From assembly GCA_963745025.1 (NCBI GenBank), contig CAVUWD010000013.1, positions 256,001 through 320,000 of the forward strand: a DNA stretch of 64,000 nt, read 5' to 3'. A program made the position numbers and the translations under genes. Positions 41,414 to 51,077 of the stretch are shown in pieces. Origin of the DNA: an uncultured delta proteobacterium (GTDB lineage Bacteria; Desulfobacterota; Binatia; JACPRU01). Each line of letters starts with the position of its first letter. Within the stretch, counting starts at the first letter, position 1. The notes under the pieces are model-generated. The model ran no database searches. It saw only the letters and a list, made by a program, of their open reading frames with translations, and was not told where the DNA came from.

Positions 41414-42921
41414 TCACTCCTCGACGAGAACGGGGCTCTTGCCGAGCGTGATCTTCACTGAACCGTCGGTCACGGGCTGCACGGACGTCGGGAAGGCGGT
41501 CGCGTAGTCGGTCACCGCGGCCCCGCTGTCCTGAGCCGGGAGGAGCTCGGTGACGACGACGGCCGGAGAAACGAGGCCGTCAAAGCTGACGGTCTTGCTC
41601 GTCGCGCCCGTCTTGTCCTTGAAGTAGTCCCACCACGCGAAGATCGACCTCTGCACCGCGCCGGCGCGCCGCAGCCTGTAGGCGTAGACGTCTGCGTGCC
41701 GTCACGCAGCGTCTCGACGTGCTCCAATCGAGCGGCCAGGCTTTTTCCATCAGGTGCTTGAAGGTGAAGTAGGAAAGCTTCTTCACGCCGTCCCCGGGAT
41801 CCGGGACACGGGGACTCGACCGCAGGGTTGCAGGTGGCCGTGCGGGTGAGGCCGTTGTAGACGAGGCCGTTCTGACGAAAGAGTATCCTTAGATGTCTTC
41901 CTCGCCGGTCTCGTCCTCGCGGATCGTCCCCCACAGCGTGAGCTTCACGCCGTTGGCGGCGTGATGCACGAAGCGCTTGACGAGATGCTCGGCTTGCTGC
42001 CTTCGGTCTGTAGCCGTCGCAGCCGGCGATTTGACGAGGCGAGGTCCATGCCAGAGTGGGTGCCGCCCGCCTTGACGAGGATCGGCTTACCCGCGAACCC
42101 CGTATCGTTGAGCAGCGTTCGAAAGAACTCGACGGTTCGCCCTTGGTCGAGGACGGCTCGTACCTCGTGAAGATGTTGAAATCGTGATAGTCGAAGAAGT
42201 CGAAGTACCCGTCAGCGCTCTTGGCTTTGAGCTCGAGGAGCGCCTCACGATAGTAGAGGTCGATCTCCCCGTCCGGCGTGCTGGCGGCGACGCCGCCGAA
42301 CACGATCTTCGCCTCGGGATCGAGGCCGCGGATGACCTGGTACGAGCGCTCCAGCAGATCGGCGTAGGCTGCGCGGCCGCATGCCGCGCACACGGGTTCG
42401 ATCGTGGCGCCGCAGAAGGCCGGGAGGTAGAGGCTCGAATGCTCGTTGTCGACGCTCCAGTAGCGGACCTTCCAGCCCGGCCACCTGCGCGTTCACCCAG
42501 CGCACGAGTTGGTCGAGAAACGCGGCATAGGCATCGAGGGAGACGGGACCGGCGGGAAATACTTTCCCGTCTCGGAACCGATGCGGATCAGCCGTCCGTC
42601 CGTGAACGGGTAGAGCGACTCGACGTTGATGACGAACCAGGCGTTGGAGCTGCGCTCGACGGCATACTCGGTGATCAGCGGGCCGACCACCCTGTCGAAG
42701 TCGTACCGGGGAACCCCGTCGTCGTTGATCTTCTCGATATCCCGGCGGGGCAGGTGGTCGGAAATCCAGGAAACCCCGAGCTCATCGAGCCAGACGTTGG
42801 TATTGCCGTCGCTGGCGTCGAAGGCGTTGTTGACGCCGAAGGGCGGCTCCAGATTTTGGGCGCGGGCGCTGAACGGCGTGAGGACTAGGATGCTCAGGAT
42901 GACGGCGTAAAAGGTTTTCAT
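41414..42921 (-). pseudogene. frameshifted paralog of the adjacent GH-A-like protein
   Basis: Fragments in several frames share LGVSWISDHLPRR, AWFVINVES, FDFFDYH, NGLVYNG and KKLSY with 39632..41164. Confidence 0.8.
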
Positions 42922-43061
42922 ATCGCTGAAAGAATAGCAGGAATCGGGCCAACGAAGGAACGAAGAAAAAACGAGAAACTGGGATGACAGTTTCTGTCTA
43001 CGGTGTAGCGCTCGTTAGCGAACGGCAAGAATTTGACGAATCTCGTGCCGAAGTGGTATGG

Positions 43062-44876
43062 TTATTCCTCCTCCTCGGTGGTGTCGGCCTGCTCTTGGCT
43101 AGAGGGCAAGCTCTTCGACGGCGTCGGGGCGTCGCCGTCCGCGGCTGCCGTGAGAGTGGCGCCGGGCCTGATCTGCACCAGGACGAGCCGGTCGCGGCCT
43201 TTCGGGCCGGTGCCCTCGCTCCTGTGGAGGAACTGAAGCTCGCCCTTCCGTGCGGCCGGGAGAGAGTCCCATTGACTCTCCCACAGGAGCGCGTAGCTCC
43301 GCTGCCCGGCCGGCACCGAATCGCCGACGCTCTCCTCGAGTGGCGGGATGCGCCGCCGCGCGTAGAAGACCGCGCCGTAGTCGAAGGCGCGAAAGAAGAA
43401 GAGGCGATCCCTCTCGCCGACCTCGCTGCGCACGATCTCCATGAAGGGCTTGAAGCTCCGCCCGCGGGCGAGCTCCGGGTGCAGCACGCCGTTGACCAAG
43501 GCGAACGTGCTGGCGACGAAGGCGACGACGCAGGCGAACACGGTGCCCCAGCGACCGCGGTTGGCGCCGCGTGCCAGGAGCCCCATTAGCGGCAGCAGCA
43601 CCGCCCCCCAGACCAGGAAGACGGCGAAGCGCGAGCGGAGAAGGTCCTGGAAGAGGGGGACGTTCTCCCGGTCCTTGGGATGGAGGAGGGGCTTCAGCCA
43701 TTCGAGCGGGTCGGCGCCGAGAGCCGAGGCGAGGAGCAGGGCGACGACCAAGACGACCAGTCCGGCGAGCAGCCAGCAACCGAAGCGCAAGACACGCGCG
43801 ACGAGCGGCGGCATCGGCACCGAGCCCTCGACCACGCCGCTCCACCAGCGGCCGAGCAGCAGGGCCGCCGCCGGATAGAGCGGCAGCAGGTAGACCGTGC
43901 GCTTGCTCTGCGAGATCGAGTAGAAGACGAACACGACGCCGAACCAGACGAGCAAGTACAGAGAGCCCTCCATCTCGAGGCGTCGTCGCTCGCCCCAGAG
44001 ATGAATGGCCACCGGGATGACGAAGAAGCTCCACGGCGCGAAGCCTGTGAAGAAGCCGCCGATGAGGTAGTAGAAGGAATGCACGTGGCCGGCGCCGCTC
44101 GCGTCGGCAGCGAAGAAGCGGCCGACGTTCTCGACGAAGAGCTGCTTGTAGACGAAGGCTTCGCCGCCCTTGACGATCGCCGCAACGTACCACGAGCCGG
44201 CGATGACCAGCGTCAACGCGCCCCCGGCCAGCGGGCGCATGCGCCGCAGCCGCCCGAGGTCTCGGCGCACCGCCAAGAAGACCAAGGCCACCAGTGCCGG
44301 CAGCAAGATGCCCACCGGACCTTTGCCGAGCGCGGCGAATCCCATGCAGGCGTATAACGCCAGCAGCGCACGCGGCGACGGAGCGGGCATCGACACGACT
44401 CGATCGAGAGCCACGAAGGCGCCGATCAGGAAGGCGGTGAGCGACATGTCGACTCGCGCCGTGGTCGCCGCCCTCATCCACTCGAAATTGGTCGCCAGCA
44501 CGAAGGCGGCGAAGACCCCCGCAGAGGTTCCCCATTTTACCAAACCCAGCCAGAAGACCAGCAGTACCGACAGCGTCGCCAGCAAGGCCGAAGGGAAGCG
44601 GATCGAGAACTCGTCCACGTGTCCGGTGATGAAGGAAGTCACGCCGCCGAGCCAGTGGAAGAGCGGCGGTTTGGAAGGCACCTCGCGGCCGTTGCGCATC
44701 GGCAGGACCCACTCGCCGGAATGCACTTCCTCCCAGACCTGCACCGCCTCGCGCGGCTCGCCCTTGGTGTAAAAGGGGATGCGCCCGAGGCCAAAGAAGG
44801 AGAGGAAGAGCGTGAAGAGGAGGACGGTGGCCGCCCACGGCAGGGGCTTTGAGGAGATCACTCGTGAACTTCCCAT
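43062..44876 (-). CDS. ArnT/GT83-like (family 39) polyprenyl-donor glycosyltransferase
   Basis: EPREA, KPPLFHW, IRFPSAL, RVDM, LGKGPVG, HSFYY and SKRTVYLLPLYP motifs; start approximate. Confidence 0.85.
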   Translation of the reverse strand: MGSSRVISSKPLPWAATVLLFTLFLSFFGLGRIPFYTKGEPREAVQVWEEVHSGEWVLPMRNGREVPSKPPLFHWLGGVTSFITGHVDEFSIRFPSALLATLSVLLVFWLGLVKWGTSAGVFAAFVLATNFEWMRAATTARVDMSLTAFLIGAFVALDRVVSMPAPSPRALLALYACMGFAALGKGPVGILLPALVALVFLAVRRDLGRLRRMRPLAGGALTLVIAGSWYVAAIVKGGEAFVYKQLFVENVGRFFAADASGAGHVHSFYYLIGGFFTGFAPWSFFVIPVAIHLWGERRRLEMEGSLYLLVWFGVVFVFYSISQSKRTVYLLPLYPAAALLLGRWWSGVVEGSVPMPPLVARVLRFGCWLLAGLVVLVVALLLASALGADPLEWLKPLLHPKDRENVPLFQDLLRSRFAVFLVWGAVLLPLMGLLARGANRGRWGTVFACVVAFVASTFALVNGVLHPELARGRSFKPFMEIVRSEVGERDRLFFFRAFDYGAVFYARRRIPPLEESVGDSVPAGQRSYALLWESQWDSLPAARKGELQFLHRSEGTGPKGRDRLVLVQIRPGATLTAAADGDAPTPSKSLPSSQEQADTTEEEE

Positions 44877-45050
44877 CGATGGAAAAGCTACTCGAGTCCA
44901 ATGAGGGCGATCCGGACGATCCCGTTTCCCGGCCGCGATCCCGAGCGGCGAAGTTCGGCAAGATTCAGGAAGCCGAGAATCAGATCGAGGGCCACGAGAA
45001 TCCACGGGATCACCAAAGCGGCGACCACCATCCTCCGGGGTCCTCTTCCT

Positions 45051-46010
45051 CTATGGCGCCGTCGGCGCCGTCGCCGACGACGGCTCGCCAGGCCCGCCAC
45101 CCGCGAGCTCGCCCAGCGATTCGGCGGCGACATCACGGACGTCCTCGTCCTCGTCGGAGAGAGCCCCGCGCAACGCCTGGATCACTTCCGGCCCGCCGAT
45201 CCGTCCGAGGGCGTAGACGGCGCTCTCGCGGACGTCGGGCGATTTGTCTTCGAGGGAGGTTTTCAAGGCATCGACGCTTTGCAAGCTGGCGATCTGTCCA
45301 AGAGCGTCGGCCGCGCTCTCGCGCACGTCCTCGTCCTCGTCCTGGGTGAGCGCGCGGGAGAGAAGCCCGACGGCGGCCTCGTCTCTGGCGTCTCCGAGAG
45401 TATCGATGGCTCGCTCGCGGACATCTGGCTCCGGATCCCGCATGGCCGCCAGCAAGGCGTCTCGCGCGCTGGTATCCCTGGAGTCGGCGAGCGCGTCCAC
45501 GGCCTGCGAGCGTTCTTGGTAGTCGTCCGCCGAGCGGGCCCTGCGGATGCTCGCCTCGAGGCCGCCCTCGGCCTCGGCGGCAGCGTCGCGCCCGGCGCCG
45601 GTTCCCGCGCTCGTGGCGAAGATCCAGACGCGGACGAGGCGTCTCGGGTTGTCCGGCTCGCCCTTCGATCCGGCATAGAGCAAGCCCACGTTCGCGCCGC
45701 GAAACAGTCTTCGCAGCGCCTGCTCGGTGGGAACCGCCTCGAACGTGTCGGTCACGGTGGGCGGCATGGGCCCCTGAACCTCGAACTCGGCGTTCGTGGC
45801 ACGGTGGAGCTCACGGAGCACCGAGTTCAAGGGCGCTTCGCGGAACCGAACGCTCAGGCGCTCGTCCCGTATCTCGACGGCCGCACCCGCCGAGTCATCG
45901 GCGACGCTCGATGGCGGCGGTGAGGAATGAGAATCGGCGCCCGACGAGCCCGCGATCACGACGATGCCGGCGAGCGCGGAAGACGCAACGATCGCGAAGA
46001 AACCCTTCAC
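45051..46010 (-). CDS. secreted HEAT-repeat protein
   Basis: Signal peptide; about five DxxxDVRExAxxxLG repeats. Confidence 0.75.
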   Translation of the reverse strand: MKGFFAIVASSALAGIVVIAGSSGADSHSSPPPSSVADDSAGAAVEIRDERLSVRFREAPLNSVLRELHRATNAEFEVQGPMPPTVTDTFEAVPTEQALRRLFRGANVGLLYAGSKGEPDNPRRLVRVWIFATSAGTGAGRDAAAEAEGGLEASIRRARSADDYQERSQAVDALADSRDTSARDALLAAMRDPEPDVRERAIDTLGDARDEAAVGLLSRALTQDEDEDVRESAADALGQIASLQSVDALKTSLEDKSPDVRESAVYALGRIGGPEVIQALRGALSDEDEDVRDVAAESLGELAGGGPGEPSSATAPTAP

Positions 46011-46163
46011 TAACCGAAACCTATACGCCCTTCACTGGCGCTTGGCGAGCCTTGGTGGACCCCAAGCCTCGACCCATGATCCTAGCAGGATTTCGAGGCC
46101 TAATTTATCCGGTTACCCGTCCAGAAGACGGAGGAAGAGAACGATCGGAAACAGAGCGGCGTT

Positions 46164-46548
46164 TCAGTAGCTGATCCAGACGATCTCGAATCCCTTCGCT
46201 TGGAGAAGCGCCCGCACCTCGCCGCGCGTGAATCGACCTGCGGTGGGGGATCGCCGCCTCGACGCTCGAGCGTTGCTCGTTCCACCCGTACTCGCGGAGC
46301 CGCCGATGCCGCAGGCTGCGAGCGCGAGTCGCACAGCGTCGGTCCCAGACGCCACGCCCACGGCCCAGCGAGTTCCGAGCCAGGCAGCGAACTCCTCCTC
46401 GAACGCGGCGACGTTCTCGCCAGGACGTAGCGGCCGCGCTCGAGCACGAGAGCGATCGCCGCATCGATCTCCCGGCGGTGGGCGACGTAGCTGCGGCGCG
46501 GGTCGGCCTGAGCTGAGGGATGAGTTCGCGCGGCGGCACGCGGGTCAC
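46164..46548 (-). pseudogene. truncated DegT/DnrJ/EryC1/StrS aminotransferase remnant
   Basis: Stitched reading IPQ/ADPRRSYVAHRREIDAAIALVLERGRYVL/GENVAAFEEEFAAWLGTRWAVGVASGTDAVRLALAACGIG; two frameshifts, then truncation. Confidence 0.75.
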
Positions 46549-47537
46549 GGCCAGTAGTGTTCGCCGTGCTCGCGGAAGTAGGCCAGCGTTCTCGCGAGCC
46601 CCTGCGCGAGACCGACCGTCGGTCTCCAGCCGAGGACGCTGCGGATCCGGCCGCAGTCGGCGTAGTAGTCGCCGATGTCGATCGCCTTCCGGTCCTCGGG
46701 AAAGGGCACGATCCGGGACTCGCCGCCGCCGTTGAGCTCGATCAGCAGGGAGGCCAGCTCGGCCAGCGAGATCCGCTCCTCCCCACCCAGATTGAACACC
46801 AGCCCGTCGCTCCGCGGACTCGCGCCGGCGGAGAGAAGGGCGTCCACCGCGTCGTCTACGTAGTTGAAGTCGCGAACCAGGCGGCCGTCGCCGTAGACGT
46901 CGATCGGCGCGCCCTCGATGAGCCGGCGGATCCAGATCCCGAGGACGTTCTGCCTGGCGTCCCGGGTGCGCATCGCCGGTCCATAGGTGTTGGTGAGGCG
47001 AAGCGCACAGGCGCGAATCCCGTGCACGCGGTTGTAGAGGATGTGGTACGACTCGCCCGCGAGCTTGTTGATCCCATTCACGTCCGTCGGCCGGAGCGGA
47101 TGCTTCTCGTCTACGGGCAGGTAGTTTGGAGCGCCATAGATCTGCCGCGTGCTCGCGAACACGATCTTGATCCGCAGGTTCTCCCGGCGGCAGGCCTCGA
47201 GGATCGAGAGCTGGGCCCGGCAGTTGATCTCGAGATCGGTAAGGGGGTCGGTCATCGAATCGAGGTGGCTCGTCTGCCCGGCGAGGTTGAACATGTAGTC
47301 ATGGCCGCGCACGAGATACTTCATGCTGTGCTCATCGCGCACGTCGGCGATGTTGAGCCGAACCCGGTCCTCGATCCCGGAAAGGTTGAAGAGGTTTCCG
47401 CCGTACTCCGGGATGAGCGAGTCGACGATCGTCACCCTGGCGCCGAGTTCCAAGAGCCGGCGTGCCAGGTGGGAGCCGATGAAACCCGCGCCGCCGGTGA
47501 TGAGCACGCTCCGCTCGCCATAGGCCTCTGCGCTCAA
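46545..47537 (-). CDS. NAD-dependent epimerase/dehydratase (extended SDR)
   Basis: TTG start after GAGGAG; ITGGAGFIG, FASTRQIYG, LRLTNTYGP and RDFNYVDD motifs. Confidence 0.88.
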   Translation of the reverse strand: MSAEAYGERSVLITGGAGFIGSHLARRLLELGARVTIVDSLIPEYGGNLFNLSGIEDRVRLNIADVRDEHSMKYLVRGHDYMFNLAGQTSHLDSMTDPLTDLEINCRAQLSILEACRRENLRIKIVFASTRQIYGAPNYLPVDEKHPLRPTDVNGINKLAGESYHILYNRVHGIRACALRLTNTYGPAMRTRDARQNVLGIWIRRLIEGAPIDVYGDGRLVRDFNYVDDAVDALLSAGASPRSDGLVFNLGGEERISLAELASLLIELNGGGESRIVPFPEDRKAIDIGDYYADCGRIRSVLGWRPTVGLAQGLARTLAYFREHGEHYWP

Positions 47538-48553
47538 CCGGCGCTCCTCAAGCGCGCCGCCCCACTCGGTGCTGCGACGGCGGATCCGGCTGGCGCCGCC
47601 GCCCCGTTCCTGACCAGCGTCTTCAGCACGCCCTGCGGCATGCCGTTGGCCGTGAGCAGCACGCGCCCGACATACTCGCCGATCGTTCCCATCAGCACGA
47701 GCTGCATACCCGAGAAGATCACCAGCGCGGTCATCAGCGACGACCAGCCGACGGCGTTGTTGGGCCAGAAAATCTTCTCGATCAGCACCTCGATGCCGAG
47801 CAGGCCCCCGAGCGCGGCCATGCCCAGGCCGAGGACGACGGTGATCCGCAGGGGAAGGATGGAGGAGCTGGTCGTCATGTTGAGCCATACGGCTACGAGC
47901 TTCGCCAGATTGTAGCCCGAGGTGTCGACCGCCCGCGGCTCGTGGCGAACGACCACCGAAGAGATCGAGTTCGTAGTGCGGAACACCAGGCTGTCCACGT
48001 AAGGAAAGGGACCCTGATAGCGGGTGATCTCGTCAACCAGAAAGCGCGACAGGCTGCGGAAGGTGGAGAGGTAGAAGTCGCGGGGTTTCCCGAGCAGCAG
48101 GGTTGCCACGCGATCGTTGAAACGGCTACCGAGGTTACGAAACCAGGGATGCTCCTTGCGCTCGAAGCGCGCGTAAACGGCGTCGAAGCCGCGCATTGTC
48201 TCGGAGACGAGCTTCTCCACCTCTTCCGGCGGGTTTTGCAGGTCGTCGTCCATGGTGACGACGACGTCGCCGGTGGCGAGGCGGAGCCCGGTCATCACCG
48301 TGTTGTGCTCGCCGAAGTTCCGGGCCATGGCTGCGTATACGACCGTCCGCGGGTACCGCTGCGCGAGCTCGAGGCACGCCCGCTCGCTCGCGTCCGGGCT
48401 CGCGTCGTTCACCAGCACGATCTCGAGCGGGTACTTCGGGGCTAGCGCAGCGATCAGACGGTCCACGAGTGCGCCAACCGTCGCCTCCCCGCGGTAGACG
48501 GGGATGACGACCGACAGCTTCGGGACCTGCTCCTGCTGCACGATCGCTTCCAT
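47534..48553 (-). CDS. GT2 polyprenol-phosphate glycosyltransferase (ArnC/GtrB-like)
   Basis: SVVIPVY, VNDAS, RNFGEH, MDDDLQNPPE, two C-terminal TMs and GEYVGR. Confidence 0.88.
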   Translation of the reverse strand: MEAIVQQEQVPKLSVVIPVYRGEATVGALVDRLIAALAPKYPLEIVLVNDASPDASERACLELAQRYPRTVVYAAMARNFGEHNTVMTGLRLATGDVVVTMDDDLQNPPEEVEKLVSETMRGFDAVYARFERKEHPWFRNLGSRFNDRVATLLLGKPRDFYLSTFRSLSRFLVDEITRYQGPFPYVDSLVFRTTNSISSVVVRHEPRAVDTSGYNLAKLVAVWLNMTTSSSILPLRITVVLGLGMAALGGLLGIEVLIEKIFWPNNAVGWSSLMTALVIFSGMQLVLMGTIGEYVGRVLLTANGMPQGVLKTLVRNGAAAPAGSAVAAPSGAARLRSAG

Positions 48554-48587
48554 CCGAGTTTCGGAAGGGGTCACTGCACGCGTGGAA

Positions 48588-48616
48588 CCTCTAGAGATGG
48601 CTGCCGGCGATGTCAA
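48588..48616 (-). promoter_or_regulatory. putative sigma-70 promoter
   Basis: Minus strand TTGACA-N17-TAGAGG, 35 nt upstream of the ATG at 48553. Confidence 0.4.
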
Positions 48617-48854
48617 GGCAGTCGCAGGCAGTCGCCGAGCCGTGACCGGCGACTGGAGAACGCTCAACTTCTGGGTCTCCCGGGTCGGCTGGATTGACCC
48701 ATGAGCGGAGCATCGCGGCGATCGGCTGCCCGATCGTTGGCGACGGGAAGTACGGCGCCGCGGCCGGTGCGAACTCTCGCGCCGCTCGGTGGGGTTCTGC
48801 GACGCGGAGGAATTCCGCCGGCGGCTCGCGACCGACTGAGGAGATCCGCTGGGG

Positions 48855-49262
48855 TCAGCGACCCGAGCTCCGCCCGCGGTCGCGTCGCTCCTCCCGGTTC
48901 ATGTCGCTCCAGCGCCGGCGCAGCTTATCGCGCTCGTCGCTCGGCAGCTCGCGCCAGCGTTGCCAGTTCTGCATCACCCGGTCGCGCTCCGCGGGCGGCA
49001 TCTGCTCAAGCCGGTCCAGGTGGTCGAGAAGCCGCGTCCGCTGCTCGGGAGGCATCCGTCCCAGGCGGTCGTGAGCGCGGCCGAGCTGGCGCCGGCGCTC
49101 CTCGGGGAGGTCGTTCCAGCGCCGTAGGTCGCGGAGGTCGTCGAGCGGCCTGTCCGACGACGAGACGAGCCGAAAGCTCCGCCGGTCCCGGGCGCCGGCG
49201 CCGGGCGCGGTGGCGAGGAGGCCCACGACCACGAGGACGCCGAGGAAGATCCGGCGGTTCAT
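48855..49262 (-). CDS. DUF3106-like secreted protein
   Basis: Signal peptide and repeated [WL]xx[LM]PxxxR units; follows the ECF/anti-sigma pair. Confidence 0.7.
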   Translation of the reverse strand: MNRRIFLGVLVVVGLLATAPGAGARDRRSFRLVSSSDRPLDDLRDLRRWNDLPEERRRQLGRAHDRLGRMPPEQRTRLLDHLDRLEQMPPAERDRVMQNWQRWRELPSDERDKLRRRWSDMNREERRDRGRSSGR

Positions 49263-49266
49263 GGCT

Positions 49267-49797
49267 TCACCCCGCCGCCATCACCCGGTCGAGGTCCCGG
49301 ATCACCTCGAAGTCCTCGAGGAGGTCGAGATCCTCGTCGGCCGCGTCCTCGCTCGGCACTCCGCTCTGCGGGGAAGCGACGTTAGGCGGAGCGACGCGCG
49401 GAGTCGCACCCCGGCGCGCGAGACGCGCCGCGCCCGGCTCCTCGCCCGGCGTTCCCTCGGGCGGTCCGGAACGGAGCGCCACGACGAGCACGAGCGCGGC
49501 AAGCGCGAACGCCGCCGCGGCCGGGATGAGCCGCGACCACGCCGAGCCCGGAGAGGCGTCCCCCCGCCGCGCCTCGAGCTTCGTCCGGAGCTCGGCCCGG
49601 TAGCGGCGCCAGTCGATCTCGGGCGGTTCGGGCATCGCCTCGCGGAGCTCGCCGAGAAGCCGGCGGAGCGCCGCGGCCTCGCTTCGGCACTCGACGCACG
49701 AGACGACGTGTCGCTCAGTACTCTCTCGCTCCTCGCTCGAGAGCTCACCGCGGAGCAGCGGGACGAGGAGCGTCTTCGGATGAGTTGCGGTCGTCAT
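49267..49797 (-). CDS. zinc-binding anti-sigma factor (zf-HC2)
   Basis: HVVSCVEC (HxxxCxxC) followed by one TM; coupled to the sigma gene. Confidence 0.8.
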   Translation of the reverse strand: MTTATHPKTLLVPLLRGELSSEERESTERHVVSCVECRSEAAALRRLLGELREAMPEPPEIDWRRYRAELRTKLEARRGDASPGSAWSRLIPAAAAFALAALVLVVALRSGPPEGTPGEEPGAARLARRGATPRVAPPNVASPQSGVPSEDAADEDLDLLEDFEVIRDLDRVMAAG

Positions 49798-50399
49798 GCT
49801 TCACCAGCTAGCCGCCGGCGCAGCGCCGAAAGCGCCCGATGCAGGTGCACGCGCGCAGTCGCCTCGGAGCAACCTAGCACGGCCGCCACCTCCGCGCCCG
49901 AGAGGTCCTCCTGGACGGTGAGAACGAGCGCGGCGCGCTGCTGCGCCGAGAGTTCCCGGGCCGCTTCCCAGACGCGCTCGACGAGTCGCTTCCTGCCGAG
50001 GGCGTCCGCGGGGTCCGCGGCGCTCGTCGCGATCGCCTCCGCCGGCACGGCCGCCGCGCCCTCGGCCGCGGAGCGCCGCCACGCCCACCACCAGCGCTCG
50101 CGCCGCCTCCGGTCCAGGCAGAGGTTGACGAGGAGGCGGTGGAACCAGGTCGTGAAGCGCGCCCGGCCATCGAACTGCCCGGCGCGCTCGAAGAGGCGAA
50201 GGAAGGCCTCCTGCGAGACCTCGCGCGCCTCTTCGGCGTCGAGCAGCACGGTCCATGCGATCCGGTGCGCGCGCTCCTGGTGCCGACGCACGAGCTCCTC
50301 GAATGCGGCGCCGTCCCGCGCCGCTGCGCGCTTGCAGAGCTCCTCGTCCGATGGTCCCTCTCCGAAAGCAGCCGCCGCGCTCGCATCGTCCGATCCCAT
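49794..50399 (-). CDS. ECF RNA polymerase sigma factor
   Basis: AFEELVRRH, SQEAFL, FTTWFHRLLVNLCLD and region 4 EVAAVLGCSEATARVHLHRA. Confidence 0.9.
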   Translation of the reverse strand: MGSDDASAAAAFGEGPSDEELCKRAAARDGAAFEELVRRHQERAHRIAWTVLLDAEEAREVSQEAFLRLFERAGQFDGRARFTTWFHRLLVNLCLDRRRRERWWWAWRRSAAEGAAAVPAEAIATSAADPADALGRKRLVERVWEAARELSAQQRAALVLTVQEDLSGAEVAAVLGCSEATARVHLHRALSALRRRLAGEA

Positions 50400-50477
50400 G
50401 CCACCCCTGTGAACACACGCGCCGCGAGGACGGCGCGCGCCACCGGAGCGACGCGCGCCGCGTCTGGCCGGGAGGTC

Positions 50478-51002
50478 CTAGGCATTGGGGCGGTGGAAGC
50501 GACGGAACCGGTTGTAATCACCTTGGTAAACGCGGTTCTGGGAGAAGCGGTAATAGGGCCGGTTGTGCCAGCGCTGGCCGACGTCGCGGCGATCGCCGCG
50601 CAGGTCCCGCCGGTCCTGGCGGTACTCCCGCCGATCGCTCCGGAGATCGACCCGATCACCCCTCAGCTCGTGCCAGTTGCCGTGCTGGGGATCGTAGGTG
50701 CGGTCTCGCCGATCATCCCACAACTCGCGGCGATCGCCGCGCAGGTCCCGCCGGTCCTGGCGGTACTCCCGCCGGTCGCTCCGGAGATCGACCCGATCAC
50801 CCCTCAGCTCGTGCCAGTTGCCGTGCTGGGGATCGTAGGTGCGGTCTCGCCGATCATCCCACAACTCGCGGCGATCGCCGCGCAGGTCCTGCCGGTCCTG
50901 GCGGAGCTCCCGCCGGTCGCTCCGGAGCTCTCCGGCCATCGCGGGGGCCGCGAGCGAGACGCAGAGCGCACCCCCGAGCAGCAAACTCCTCATTCGGTCC
51001 AT
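50478..51002 (-). CDS. secreted Arg/Asp-rich repeat protein
   Basis: AAAGGAGG RBS; signal peptide ending AMA; LRxDRR[ED] heptad units. Confidence 0.75.
   Translation of the reverse strand: MDRMRSLLLGGALCVSLAAPAMAGELRSDRRELRQDRQDLRGDRRELWDDRRDRTYDPQHGNWHELRGDRVDLRSDRREYRQDRRDLRGDRRELWDDRRDRTYDPQHGNWHELRGDRVDLRSDRREYRQDRRDLRGDRRDVGQRWHNRPYYRFSQNRVYQGDYNRFRRFHRPNA
50584..50927. repeat. 141-bp near-perfect tandem repeat, about 2.4 copies
   Basis: TCGCGGCGATCGCCGCGCAGGTCC recurs at 50584, 50725 and 50866. Confidence 0.9.
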
Positions 51003-51046
51003 GATCCTTCCTCCTTTCGGCGGCTTCGCGCCGCGCATCCGGCCCG

Positions 51047-51077
51047 TACGACGGGGGCAGCGTGTGCGTCGTTTACA
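51047..51077 (-). promoter_or_regulatory. putative ECF-sigma promoter
   Basis: Minus strand TGTAAAC-N17-CGTCGTA upstream of the repeat protein/ECF unit. Confidence 0.45.

Noticed and set aside
50584-50927. Long direct repeats as a possible CRISPR array
   Set aside because: Contiguous 141-bp in-frame coding repeats with no unique spacers and no cas genes
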